Shown: positions 17,218 through 27,111 of the stretch, in pieces
How positions within the stretch are numbered: position 1 is the stretch's first letter
Layout of the letters: each line of letters opens with the position of its first letter
Assembly: GCA_963719505.1 (NCBI GenBank)
Contig: CAVRCF010000001.1
Location: forward strand, 1,184,001-1,248,000
Source of the DNA: Halobacteriovoraceae bacterium
GTDB lineage: Bacteria; Bdellovibrionota; Bacteriovoracia; Bacteriovoracales; Bacteriovoracaceae
Direction: 5' to 3'
DNA: 64,000 nucleotides
Translations under genes and position numbers: made by a program
Notes under the pieces: generated by a model
What the model was told of the DNA's origin: nothing
Seen by the model: the letters and a program-made list of their open reading frames with translations, nothing else
The model's database searches: none

Positions 17218-18187
17218 CTTTGCGTATATCGATTGTTTCAGAGCATTTAAAATGACCTAGAGGGCAGGCTTTTTTTCCGTGCAGACCACAGGGACGACAT
17301 TCAAGGTCTTCATCAGTATGAATCACGCAGCTATTATCACTTAGAGGGTAGTAGCCAAAGTCTTTAATTGTTGAACAAAAAATAGCCGTTGTACGAGCGT
17401 TGACTGAACTGGCAAGGTGCAGAGGAGCTGAATCGTTGACGATCACTCTTTTTGAATTTTGCATTAAGTAAGCTGACTCCGTTAGGGATAAGACGCCACA
17501 AAGATTTGTCCCAGTATCTTCTCTAATTGAATCAATATACTCTTTGTCATCAGGGCCACCAATAAAGTAGATATGATAAGTCTTTTCTAGCTCTTTAGTC
17601 AGCTGCATCCACTTGTGCTTTGACCACTGCTTTGTAAACCATACACTTGAAGGGGCCATAACGAGATAAGACTTTTTATCATTAGTAAGAGTGTCAACTT
17701 TGTTGATCTCTTCTTGAGAGAAGTAAAGCTTTGGTCTCACTGGAGAGTGGAGAGACTCATTGAGTAGAAGAGCATTTCTTTGAACTTCATGTTGAATGCG
17801 ACCATCTTTAAGAAAAGGAATTTGATGCTTTATTTTTTTTGTAAAAAAGAAAGACAGGGGGTTTTTATCAAAGCCCACTGTGACTTTCGCTCCGGCAATA
17901 AGACAAAAGATTCCAGAGCTGGTAAATCTTTGGATATTCAAGATGAGGTCATAATTTTCTTTTCTTGCGTTCAAAGCGAGCTTTATAAGAGAGGAATATT
18001 TATTTTTCTTCTTATTCCAGACAATGATATTCGTAATATGAGGATTGTGCATTAAGAGCGATTGATTTCCTTGGCGTAGCAAAAAATCAATACTTGAGTT
18101 TGGATACATCGCCTTTGTTTGCTCGACAAGGGATGTCGCAAGGACAACATCTCCAATAAAAGCTGTTTGCATGATGAGTATTTTCAT
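17189..18187 (-). CDS. Glycosyltransferase family 9 (LPS heptosyltransferase-like)
   Basis: QTAFIGDVVL, TKQW, NDSAPLHLA. Confidence 0.9.
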   Translation of the reverse strand: MKILIMQTAFIGDVVLATSLVEQTKAMYPNSSIDFLLRQGNQSLLMHNPHITNIIVWNKKKNKYSSLIKLALNARKENYDLILNIQRFTSSGIFCLIAGAKVTVGFDKNPLSFFFTKKIKHQIPFLKDGRIQHEVQRNALLLNESLHSPVRPKLYFSQEEINKVDTLTNDKKSYLVMAPSSVWFTKQWSKHKWMQLTKELEKTYHIYFIGGPDDKEYIDSIREDTGTNLCGVLSLTESAYLMQNSKRVIVNDSAPLHLASSVNARTTAIFCSTIKDFGYYPLSDNSCVIHTDEDLECRPCGLHGKKACPLGHFKCSETIDIRKVIESVEKSD

Positions 18188-19236
18188 GAGACGAGCTCTA
18201 TTAACTGCTGTGTTGTTTTATTGCGATCAAAAGTCTTCTTTAATTTCTCCAAACCATTTTGTTGAATTTTTTCTATCTCTTTTGAATCTTTTGCCACTTC
18301 TACTATTTTTCTTGCCATGCTATCAATCTCATTAACGTTGAAAAGAAAGCCACTAGAAGAGTGATCAATGACCTCTCTATTGCTTGAAACATCGTATGCA
18401 AAAATACATTTTCTATTGAGTAAAGCCTCTAGTAGGGCATTTGATAAACCCTCAAATCGAGAGGGAAAAATAAAGAAATCGATACGCTTAAAAAATAAAT
18501 GAGAGTCTGTGTGGCCAATAAGCTTCACCTCATTTTCTAAACCACGAGACTTAATATCGGCATCAAGAACCTCTTGAAGAGGACCTGTTCCGGCGATTAA
18601 GATCTCAAAGTTAAAGTCCTGTTCTTTTAAAACCACAGCAAGCTCTATTAGATCTGTTTGGCCTTTTTGTTCAACGAGTCTCCCGAGGTTTCCAAGCACC
18701 AATTTGTCGTTTCTTTTCTTTGGAGGTGGTACTTCAAGAAGAGAGACACTGTTGTAGATGACGTGGATCCTATCTTCCAGCTCCGGAAAATTCTTTGTAA
18801 TTGAACTTGCAACGTTTTTAGAGTTCGCTATGAAATGAGTGAGACAGTTTATATAAATATTTTTATTAATCCAATTTCTTTTAATAGGGTGGTCCATTCC
18901 TCGGCGGTAAATAATTTTTGAAATCCCAAGTTTTTTAGCAATTGGAGCCACAAGTTTAACATCTTGAGGGAGATTGAGAATAACTGTTTTGGGCTGGGCT
19001 TGATAAAGAAATGATTTAACTTTTGCTTTTTTTCGAGGATTAAGAAAACTAAGCTTTCCTGATTTTATGGTAAAGATTGTATAGGGTTTATTTTTTATCT
19101 TTTTGTAAAGTTCACTATTCTCATCGCAAATAAAACTTATCATAAAACCAGCAGTGTAGAGAAGGGCTGCTTGTTCATAGTGCCATTTTTCACCGCCGCC
19201 CCATGCTTTATTGGTGTTAGCGAAGCATACTTTCAT
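18184..19236 (-). CDS. Glycosyltransferase family 4
   Basis: WGGGE, GRL.EQKG, PSRFEGLSNALLEA. Confidence 0.9.
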   Translation of the reverse strand: MKVCFANTNKAWGGGEKWHYEQAALLYTAGFMISFICDENSELYKKIKNKPYTIFTIKSGKLSFLNPRKKAKVKSFLYQAQPKTVILNLPQDVKLVAPIAKKLGISKIIYRRGMDHPIKRNWINKNIYINCLTHFIANSKNVASSITKNFPELEDRIHVIYNSVSLLEVPPPKKRNDKLVLGNLGRLVEQKGQTDLIELAVVLKEQDFNFEILIAGTGPLQEVLDADIKSRGLENEVKLIGHTDSHLFFKRIDFFIFPSRFEGLSNALLEALLNRKCIFAYDVSSNREVIDHSSSGFLFNVNEIDSMARKIVEVAKDSKEIEKIQQNGLEKLKKTFDRNKTTQQLIELVS

Positions 19237-20012
19237 TTTCTTTCGAACTTTTCACCGTTATGCATACGCCAAACTTTCACGTTTCTTATGAAAACATTCC
19301 AAGCTCCCATGCTAGAGATAATAAGCCCGGCTTTTCCGTCTAATATTCCTCTTTCCATAATAAAGCGCTTAAAAAAAGCAAACATTGGTTTTACTACCAG
19401 ATGATAACTGGTTACTTTTTTGATTTTATCAACCCGATCTAGCGCGGCCCAAGTCGTGTAGCGATCACCTTTTTGTAAGTGAGCCGTTAGACCTTTGCCA
19501 GAATAGGTATCGTGTTTCAATTTACCTTTTAATCTTCCCACCGTACCTTCTGCTTCGATCTCTGCATGGACGTGCTTGTCCTGATAGCGACATTTACTTT
19601 TTCTAAAAAGCCTAATGACAGCATCTCCTGACCAGATATGGTTGAGTTTTTGATCCATAAAGTAATTATCTCTTCCAATCCAGTAAGCAACATGACTTGG
19701 GTTATTGATAGTCTCTTTAATTTCTTTCACTAATTGCTCGTTTGTTCTCTCATCAGCATCGAGAAGAAAGATCCAGTCGTTTTGAGCTTGGGGGATAGTC
19801 CAATTCTTCTGCGCCGCAGAGTGAACATATTCATGTTCTAAGAGTTTAATCTTGTCATGACTTTTCATCTGCTCTTTGACAATGGCAGTTGTATTGTCAG
19901 TACTAAAAGAGTCAACAACGATGACCTCATCAGCAAAAAGACAGGACTCAATGGCCCCAAGAATATTAAACTCTTCATTGAAGCTGGGAATGATTGCAGT
20001 TATTTTTTCCAT
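19233..20012 (-). CDS. Glycosyltransferase family 2 (LPS core, KdtX/WaaE-like)
   Basis: Start reassigned to ATG 20012; IIPSFNEE, VVDSFSTD, LDADE, VH. Confidence 0.9.
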   Translation of the reverse strand: MEKITAIIPSFNEEFNILGAIESCLFADEVIVVDSFSTDNTTAIVKEQMKSHDKIKLLEHEYVHSAAQKNWTIPQAQNDWIFLLDADERTNEQLVKEIKETINNPSHVAYWIGRDNYFMDQKLNHIWSGDAVIRLFRKSKCRYQDKHVHAEIEAEGTVGRLKGKLKHDTYSGKGLTAHLQKGDRYTTWAALDRVDKIKKVTSYHLVVKPMFAFFKRFIMERGILDGKAGLIISSMGAWNVFIRNVKVWRMHNGEKFERK

Positions 20013-20140
20013 AGTACCTTTATAAAACGAATAAAGCCTAAAGCCAATCTTTTTGATGCACAATGCAAAGTGTCTAATTTTTAAGGGGGATATACTTTTA
20101 TTATAGCATTTTAAGTGATTTAATAAGGGAGAAAAAATAT

Positions 20141-20227
20141 TGGTGCTCGAGGCGAGACTTGAACTCGCACAGCCATAAGGCCGAGGGATTTTAAATCCCT
20201 TGTGTCTACCGATTCCACCACTCAAGC
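20141..20227 (-). tRNA. tRNA-Leu(TAA)
   Basis: 87 nt GCTTGAG...CTCGAGCACCA; anticodon arm AGGGA-TTTAAAA-TCCCT; long variable arm; GTTCAAG T-loop; encoded CCA. Confidence 0.97.
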
Positions 20228-20276
20228 ATAGGATGAATTGGTATATTGAGATAATAACAAGGATTAGTCAATAAAA

Positions 20277-21800
20277 ATGAAACAATTATCTAAGAAATTC
20301 GCATTCGTAATTTTGGTTTCAAGCCTCTTGGGTGGCTGTGCTTTTTTCAAAAAGGAAAACTCACAAGTTGTTTTTGGCAATAAAGAATATGCCGATGCAT
20401 TTGTTTCTTCTATTGAACCAAAGTGGTTTAAAGGTGCTGAGAGATTCGCCATTATAGATCAGCAGAAGAAACCTGTCGTTCATCGATTTTTTGATGTTAA
20501 TCCCTTTAAAAATATAGAAAGTGGAAAAGTTAATGTTGTTATAACGACTCCAGCTGACTCAGAGTTTTTAAATCAAATTGATCTCACTTCAGGGCAGATT
20601 TTTATCGATGAAAAATTTTGTTCTCAAAAAGATGAATTTGCTCAGCTTGATGGTGATGTTGAAAATAATAAATTCTTTAGTCTGGGTGTCTTACCAAGAG
20701 TACTCGACCAATTAAATGACCCTCAAAAAGTGGTTGTTTTTGGTGGAGAAGAATACATTAAAAAACACTATAAAAGTCACAGCTTTGATGTACGGGTGAT
20801 CGGTGGTTTTGTCGAGCAAGTATGTCCATTTGGTGGATGTTTTAAGGCTGACCAGTGGCTTTCTCGAATTGTTTTAGTTGCGATTCAAAATGGCGATGAG
20901 AAATTAAAAGATGTTGTGGATATCGTTGATCTTCAAAACAAGGTCGATTGGAATTATTTCCGAGCCTTTATTCAAAATGGGCAGGGAAAAAATAAAATTT
21001 CAGGAAAATATTTTGCTCGAAATAGAATGGGAGCCATTGTTTCAGCTAAACAAGCTCTCTCATACATCAATAAAAACTCTACAATTTTCTCTATAGATAA
21101 ACTAAAGCAGATGCGTCTTTCTTGCTACAAGCTCTACGACTATCTGTGGAAAGATTTAAGCTATGAAAGCACCAGTTCTATGGAAGCAAAAAACCTGGCC
21201 CAAGTCAGAGAAAAAGCAATCTTACTAAATCAAAAAAGAAAAGAAGGAATGAAAGACGATCCTTTTTGGAGGCGATTTGCTAAGAATAATAAAAAATTTG
21301 GAAAGCAATATAATACCTGTGTCCAATATGTGAATCCTACTAATATAAATGATGATCCGAAAAGACACTGGTTCTTCTCTTATCTTACGGCTTTTCACAG
21401 CCTGCAAAATCTTGGCTACGCTTTTAACTGCAATCGAAAGGTATGGGAAGTTAACCCCGTAGTGATTGAAGGGAAGAGGGTTAAGTCATTACAGGAACAA
21501 TTTCGAAACTGTTCAGATAAGGACTTGGATAGAGCCTTTGAGTATGCGCCCAGTATGTTCGACACTTTGAGAAAAGGCAATAGAGTCTCTTATCGATATA
21601 TTGATTATGACAGTGGCTCAAAGGGGACTCACCACAAAATATATAATTGGGTAAAACTCTCTCCTGGTTCAATGTCTTGTCGTGAAGAAAGTGAGCGAAA
21701 TTTTTCTTTGGAGAGATCTATTTTTCCAAAAGATGTTGTTTGGGAAAAAAGAGGAAAGAGTAAAAAAATAAACTCCGCAGAAAGTGGAGTTATCTATTAA
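20277..21800 (+). CDS. Hypothetical lipoprotein, first gene of the Nuo-like operon
   Basis: Lipobox LGGC; TAATG overlap with the next gene. Confidence 0.8.
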   Translation: MKQLSKKFAFVILVSSLLGGCAFFKKENSQVVFGNKEYADAFVSSIEPKWFKGAERFAIIDQQKKPVVHRFFDVNPFKNIESGKVNVVITTPADSEFLNQIDLTSGQIFIDEKFCSQKDEFAQLDGDVENNKFFSLGVLPRVLDQLNDPQKVVVFGGEEYIKKHYKSHSFDVRVIGGFVEQVCPFGGCFKADQWLSRIVLVAIQNGDEKLKDVVDIVDLQNKVDWNYFRAFIQNGQGKNKISGKYFARNRMGAIVSAKQALSYINKNSTIFSIDKLKQMRLSCYKLYDYLWKDLSYESTSSMEAKNLAQVREKAILLNQKRKEGMKDDPFWRRFAKNNKKFGKQYNTCVQYVNPTNINDDPKRHWFFSYLTAFHSLQNLGYAFNCNRKVWEVNPVVIEGKRVKSLQEQFRNCSDKDLDRAFEYAPSMFDTLRKGNRVSYRYIDYDSGSKGTHHKIYNWVKLSPGSMSCREESERNFSLERSIFPKDVVWEKRGKSKKINSAESGVIY

Positions 21801-22225
21801 TGTTTACATCAATTAAAGAGGGCCTTTTATCTTGGGCCGAAAAAGATCTATATATCACAACAAGTTTCACTGGAACTGATATTGTGACGGACTTAATTTC
21901 ACACCTAAACTCTCAGATGGAAAAAGAAGACTTTATCATCAGCGACGGAGACAATAATGATATCGGAGCTAATCTCATTATTATCTGTGGGTTTATAAAT
22001 TTAAAAAATATTGAACTTCTCAAAATAAAGATGAAGTCACTCAGTGGACCAAAGTATGTCATTACAGCCGGACAGATGATCAATAACTCTTTAAAGTTTC
22101 CCGACTATAATTTTTCTTCTATCCGAGGAATCATAAAAGTTGATCAACATGTCTATGGACCTAAGCCTAGTCGCCGAGACATTGTGAATGCGATTTTGAG
22201 ATTGGGTGAGCGGGAACAGGTATGA
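21800..22225 (+). CDS. Degenerate NuoB-like protein lacking the Fe-S cysteines
   Basis: SWAEK, LIIICG, GPKYVITAG, VDQHVYGPKPS align with NuoB segments, but the CC, GxC and PGCPP cysteines are absent. Confidence 0.7.
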   Translation: MFTSIKEGLLSWAEKDLYITTSFTGTDIVTDLISHLNSQMEKEDFIISDGDNNDIGANLIIICGFINLKNIELLKIKMKSLSGPKYVITAGQMINNSLKFPDYNFSSIRGIIKVDQHVYGPKPSRRDIVNAILRLGEREQV

Positions 22226-23751
22226 ACTTAAATCAAATCCTTTCTGAGTTAGAGCCTCATCAACCACAAATTTCTCAAAAGACGATTATTATAAAATCCG
22301 AGAAATCAAATATTCTTGCTCTGGCTCTCTTGATAAAAGAGAATCTTGGATTTATCCACTTTCTAAACTTCCACGTGATTGAATGTGACGATGATAAATT
22401 TAACTTCCACTATACTGTCTACAATCAACAACTCGAATTATTTATCCGAGTTGACCTCCTAGACCAGGAGCCTGAGGATTGCCTCAGTATTAGTGGTATT
22501 TGGACCAATGCTCTTTATTTTGAGAATGAAACTCACGAACTTTTTGGGGTTGAATTTGATTCTCTTAATAGCCAAAGAAGGTTTTTATTTCCAGAGAACT
22601 TAGACGGGTTTCCTCTGCGTAAAAGCTTTAAATCCTTTACTGAGAAAAAAGTTATAAACAGTCCCAGAAGACTCAATGGAGTAGTTAAGACTCCCAGTGC
22701 AGAACAATCATCTGATGAGATCATCTTTGATCTCAGCTTGGATGAGAAAGTCGTCAGTCAGTTTGACTTTGAGATGGGCTTTCGTCATTTTGGTTTGGAA
22801 AAGGATGCAAGGGGAAAGGATATAGATCAAGTGCTTGGAAGGATTGGCTTTTTAAATGCACGGTCTTCTTCAAATTGGACTCTTCTACTGGCCGATGCCA
22901 TTGAGAAAGAATTTAAAATCGCTGTTCCCGAAAAGGGCCAGGCAATAAGAATGATCTTGATGGAACTCACAAGGATTAGAGAGCATCTTTACACCTTGCT
23001 AAAGTTGGCCAAGGTTGCTGGCTATACAGATTTTTATGTCAACCTCTCTCTTTGGTACCAGCAAACCTCCGATCAGATGCGAGAGCTGCTAGGTCATCGA
23101 AACCCTCTTTACATGAATTGTATTGGCGGAGTGACTCAGAATATACCCGGGGGCTGGACTACATCTTGTTTGAGCTATATTACGAAATTGGAAAAGGACT
23201 TGGCTTTTGAGTACAAAGCCATGGTCTCCTCTAAGCTTTGGACAGAAAAATTAAGTTGTGGAAAACTTGAACGAGAGGATATTCTTAGCTACAGCATTTC
23301 TGGACCTGTTATGAGAGCAGGCGGTTTGAATCATGACTTAAGGAAAAGTGGATCTATGTATTTTTATCCTGATGTTACTTTTGACGTTCCGCTTGGAATA
23401 AAAAGTAAGTCTTTCGATAGGTATTTGGTTCTCGTTGAAGAAATTTTTCAATCGGTTAAAATTCTTTTTCAAGTCTTAGATAATATCCCAGGCGGTGGAT
23501 TTAGAGCTGATGGACTGTCTAAAGACTCTCTTCTTGGAGAGCGCTTAATTCAAAATTCAATTGAGGGAGCAAATGGAATTATCAGTCTTAGCGCTTTAAT
23601 AAATGATGGAAAGATGAAGTCATTGAAGCTCAGTTCAAACTCACAAAATACACTTCAATCGATAAAAGAAGTTATGATCGGGAGTGACTATGATGACATT
23701 GATCTTATATGGCATTCACTTCAAATTAATATGAGTGAGGTAGAGAAGTGA
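22222..23751 (+). CDS. Degenerate fused NuoC/D-like protein
   Basis: NuoC: W.NA..FENE..ELFGV.F, GFPLRKSF; NuoD: G..H.GLEK, IRMILMELTRI..HL, SGP.MRA.G...DLRK, DRY....EEI.QS. Confidence 0.85.
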   Translation: MNLNQILSELEPHQPQISQKTIIIKSEKSNILALALLIKENLGFIHFLNFHVIECDDDKFNFHYTVYNQQLELFIRVDLLDQEPEDCLSISGIWTNALYFENETHELFGVEFDSLNSQRRFLFPENLDGFPLRKSFKSFTEKKVINSPRRLNGVVKTPSAEQSSDEIIFDLSLDEKVVSQFDFEMGFRHFGLEKDARGKDIDQVLGRIGFLNARSSSNWTLLLADAIEKEFKIAVPEKGQAIRMILMELTRIREHLYTLLKLAKVAGYTDFYVNLSLWYQQTSDQMRELLGHRNPLYMNCIGGVTQNIPGGWTTSCLSYITKLEKDLAFEYKAMVSSKLWTEKLSCGKLEREDILSYSISGPVMRAGGLNHDLRKSGSMYFYPDVTFDVPLGIKSKSFDRYLVLVEEIFQSVKILFQVLDNIPGGGFRADGLSKDSLLGERLIQNSIEGANGIISLSALINDGKMKSLKLSSNSQNTLQSIKEVMIGSDYDDIDLIWHSLQINMSEVEK

Positions 23752-24197
23752 TAATAAATCTAAAAAGATATAAAGAAAGTAGTATTAATAAAGGTCTTTT
23801 GGGAATTCTGAAAAAGATGTTTTTATCTTTAAATCAACCCCTCGTTTTAGATCTTTTCTCTACAATGAGAAAGACGCGGGCGTATCAAGGATATCCAAAG
23901 TATCTAGTTGACCCTTTAAGTGGAGTCGACCTGTGCACCACCTGTAGGATTTGTGAGTCAATATGTCCCTCAGGCTCAATAGAGATCACAAAGTCTAACG
24001 ATGGTTTTAACGGGCCCATAAACAAGGCACCAAAGGAATTTAAGCTAGATCTTTTGAGCTGCGTGAAGTGTGGGTTTTGTATCAGTGACTGTCCCGAAGG
24101 TGCATTGTCAGGTAATGGAGAGTTTGAGCAGAGTGATTTCGAGCAAAAAGTTATCGATTTAAAAAGAAAAGTTTCAGACACAGGTATAAGTACCTAA
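23748..24197 (+). CDS. NuoI-like 2[4Fe-4S] ferredoxin
   Basis: CTTCRICESICP and CVKCGFCISDCP; Y.GYP motif before the first cluster. Confidence 0.85.
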   Translation: MIINLKRYKESSINKGLLGILKKMFLSLNQPLVLDLFSTMRKTRAYQGYPKYLVDPLSGVDLCTTCRICESICPSGSIEITKSNDGFNGPINKAPKEFKLDLLSCVKCGFCISDCPEGALSGNGEFEQSDFEQKVIDLKRKVSDTGIST

Positions 24198-24287
24198 AAT
24201 CTCTTCTCATTAAGATTTTTTACAGTTGTTCCAGTTCTAGGATTAAGCTAAAATGAATGAGAGAGTAAATAGACACGAGGCAATAAA

Positions 24288-25376
24288 ATGATTAAATCAA
24301 TTCTAAAAACAGCAGGACCACTAGTTGGTATCTATGCTTTAGCACTATTCCTAATTTCAACCTTCATTGGCGATCAGGGATTTATAGGTGAGATATTTCA
24401 AGAGAATACAGCTCTTAAATTTATCGTCTATGCGATTTTTATCACTCATGTCACGATTAGTTCTATGAGTTTGTCTTTTCATCGTTTTCATACCCACAAA
24501 GGTGTGGTGATCAACAAGACCCTAGATATGATCATGCAAATCAATCTTTGGATGGTTGGTGGAATGTCAAAGTTGGATTGGGTATCAGTTCATATTTATC
24601 ATCATGCTCACTCAGATAAAGAAAAAGATCCCCATTCACCAGTTCAAAAAGGACTTTTTCATGTTCTTTTTTTAGGGATCTTTGATTATGCCAAAGCACG
24701 GGTAAGCGATCCAGTAGTTCGAATTAGAAAAACAATAAAAAGAAATAAGCTTGAGCAGTTTATGGCCGATCATACGTTGTTGGGTGCTATTATTCTTTCT
24801 GCCATAAATCTTATTTTACTTGGTCCAGTCTATGGAACAATTTTATCTCTGATAAACTTTTCTGTTTCACCTATTTTCGCAGTTGGTGGAGTCAATGGTT
24901 TTGCTCATTGGTGGGGCTATAAAAACCATAACTACCATGACAATAGTAGAAATTTAGGCTTTCTCTTCCCCCTTAACTTCTTGATCTGTGGAGAGCTCGA
25001 TCATAATAATCATCACGCTCATCCAAAGTCATGTTCTTTCAGACATCGATGGTTTGAATTTGATTGGGGATATTTCTACATCAATATTTTGGCGAAGCTT
25101 GAACTTGCGAAAGTTAAAAATGCTTATACGACTAAGAGTTTAAAAGAAGAGATGAGTAAGAATATTACTCATCTTCTTGAAAATGATTTTCGCTTTCAAA
25201 AACGTATGGAAGAAATAGCTAGAGACCTTAATACGACTTATTCTGAATTAATAAAAATGATTGATGACTATATAAAGGGTAAAAAAGTGAAGCTCAATTA
25301 TGAGATGAAAGAACTCATTTCAGAAGCAAAGAGAACTTTTTATGCTAATTATAGACTTGGCTTGAGATACAATTAA
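24288..25376 (+). CDS. Membrane acyl-CoA/acyl-lipid (delta-9-type) fatty acid desaturase
   Basis: His boxes HRFHTH, HIYHH, HNNHH; DPHSP; WFEFD. Confidence 0.92.
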   Translation: MIKSILKTAGPLVGIYALALFLISTFIGDQGFIGEIFQENTALKFIVYAIFITHVTISSMSLSFHRFHTHKGVVINKTLDMIMQINLWMVGGMSKLDWVSVHIYHHAHSDKEKDPHSPVQKGLFHVLFLGIFDYAKARVSDPVVRIRKTIKRNKLEQFMADHTLLGAIILSAINLILLGPVYGTILSLINFSVSPIFAVGGVNGFAHWWGYKNHNYHDNSRNLGFLFPLNFLICGELDHNNHHAHPKSCSFRHRWFEFDWGYFYINILAKLELAKVKNAYTTKSLKEEMSKNITHLLENDFRFQKRMEEIARDLNTTYSELIKMIDDYIKGKKVKLNYEMKELISEAKRTFYANYRLGLRYN

Positions 25377-26032
25377 TAAAATATAGAGTCGCGTGAAACT
25401 TCTTTATTTAGTGAATGGAGAAGTTTCATGTAGATCTTCCTGTCAACGAGTTCCCCCCCAAAAGATTCAACTATAGGTGTAACCATTTGAGTGTCAACAA
25501 AAGGTATTTTCGCCCTCTCAACGGCTTTTAATAGGTAGTAAAGAGCGACCTTCGATGCATTATCCTTTTTGTAAAACATTGATTCTCCGGATATGATTTC
25601 TCCAAAACAGGCTCCATATAATCCACCGACGAGGTGACCTTCGTGATAGACACTGACACAATAGGCTTTACCGACATCAAAAAGATTTGAGTAGCCTTCA
25701 ATAATATTTTCGTAGATCCATGTACCGTACTCGTGCTTTCTTTTGGTCATTGCACATTCGGTAATGACTCGTCTAAAGTCAGTGTTAAACTTAACTTCGT
25801 AATCCATCTTTTTTATGAATTTTAAAAGAGATTTAGAGAATTTACAGTTTTCAACTTTGATCATTCCTCGAGGGTCAGGGGCGAACCATGTAAGAGGATA
25901 TCCTTCTTCAACCGGCCAAGGAAAAATTCCTCTTGAGTAGGCGTCAGTTAATGTTTGAATATCAAGATGACCACCAACAGCTAATAAGCCGTCCTCTGAG
26001 GCCATCTCGACGTCGGGAAATATACTTTTCAT
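25373..26032 (-). CDS. aat: Leucyl/phenylalanyl-tRNA--protein transferase
   Basis: GLLAVGG, AY..GIFPW, W..PDPR, LVGGLYG, GESMF, ASKVAL. Confidence 0.95.
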   Translation of the reverse strand: MKSIFPDVEMASEDGLLAVGGHLDIQTLTDAYSRGIFPWPVEEGYPLTWFAPDPRGMIKVENCKFSKSLLKFIKKMDYEVKFNTDFRRVITECAMTKRKHEYGTWIYENIIEGYSNLFDVGKAYCVSVYHEGHLVGGLYGACFGEIISGESMFYKKDNASKVALYYLLKAVERAKIPFVDTQMVTPIVESFGGELVDRKIYMKLLHSLNKEVSRDSIFY

Positions 26033-27111
26033 TTACTCATAACTTCTAAAATTTTTCGGGCTATAAGACTCGCGCTTTCAACCGTTGTATCTGGCTCAGG
26101 AGCTAATTTACTCTTTAGAGCACTGTGGACAAATGGGGCAACTTCAACAACATCGCCACCTGTGACGTGACACACTTGTGAAATTCTCTCTATAAGTTCT
26201 ATACACCGGTGTGGCTCAAGACCATCGATTTCAGGAGTTCCTGTTGAACTGGCATATTGGGCATCGAGAGCATCAATATCAAAGCTTATATAAACCTCAT
26301 CTATTTTTTCATCTTTTAAATATTTAATCGTTTGATCTTCAACACTAGAGGTTCCAAACTCGGATGCCCAAAATTGCTGAACACCTAGCTTTGATTCCCA
26401 ATATTCTTTTGGTTGTCCACTCGAGCGAATTCCAAACTGAAGAAGGTGGGATGGTTTTTCTAAAAGTTCAATCATATGAAAAGCCCAAGAGGCAAAGCAG
26501 ATGTCAATCCCTAGTCTTTTGGGCATAAGATCGGTGTGGGCATCAAAGTGAATAACAGCAACTTTTTTACCGGCAGCTCTTCGTCCTTTAATCCAAGATT
26601 TTACAACGGGATAGCTTACTGAATGGTCTCCCCCGAGAGAAAAAACTTTTTTATTCTGACTGATAAGAATATCACTAACTTCCTCTGCGATGCTAAGACC
26701 ACTTACCTTGAGATCCTCACCATTGTAGAGTGCTTCTTGGCATGAGCGAATAGTAGCTTCATTGAGGTACTTGTCATGGAGAAGGTGAGGGATAACTCTT
26801 ACGTCTCCAATATCAAAGTAGTGGGGATGACCGATAGATTTTTGAATATGTTCTCTTATAAATAATGGACCCCAGTTCGCCCCTCTTTGAATTCCGCCAC
26901 CTGTGTCAATACACAAGCCCATCATGATAGGGAGCTGAGTCGATTTATAGTCGGCAAGGTTCTCTCTCCATTTGCTTTCGACCTCACTTGGCTCGGTCGT
27001 ACTAAATTGAATTCTATGGAGTGACTCTTTATTTTCTTTAGCCGTATGAACAGTGTAGACGCCATTTCCGGGAGGGCATAAGTAGTGTCCAAGTTTTTCT
27101 ATCTCTTTCAT
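26029..27111 (-). CDS. Arginase/agmatinase-family ureohydrolase
   Basis: GGDHS, HFDAHTD, SFDIDALD, TGTPE. Confidence 0.9.
   Translation of the reverse strand: MKEIEKLGHYLCPPGNGVYTVHTAKENKESLHRIQFSTTEPSEVESKWRENLADYKSTQLPIMMGLCIDTGGGIQRGANWGPLFIREHIQKSIGHPHYFDIGDVRVIPHLLHDKYLNEATIRSCQEALYNGEDLKVSGLSIAEEVSDILISQNKKVFSLGGDHSVSYPVVKSWIKGRRAAGKKVAVIHFDAHTDLMPKRLGIDICFASWAFHMIELLEKPSHLLQFGIRSSGQPKEYWESKLGVQQFWASEFGTSSVEDQTIKYLKDEKIDEVYISFDIDALDAQYASSTGTPEIDGLEPHRCIELIERISQVCHVTGGDVVEVAPFVHSALKSKLAPEPDTTVESASLIARKILEVMSK

Noticed and set aside
20013-20225. N-terminal extension of the GT2 ORF in the track
   Set aside because: Overlaps tRNA-Leu; GT2 homology begins at ATG 20012
21800-24197. Group 4 [NiFe]-hydrogenase
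   Set aside because: The large subunit has neither the N- nor the C-terminal CxxC nickel ligands
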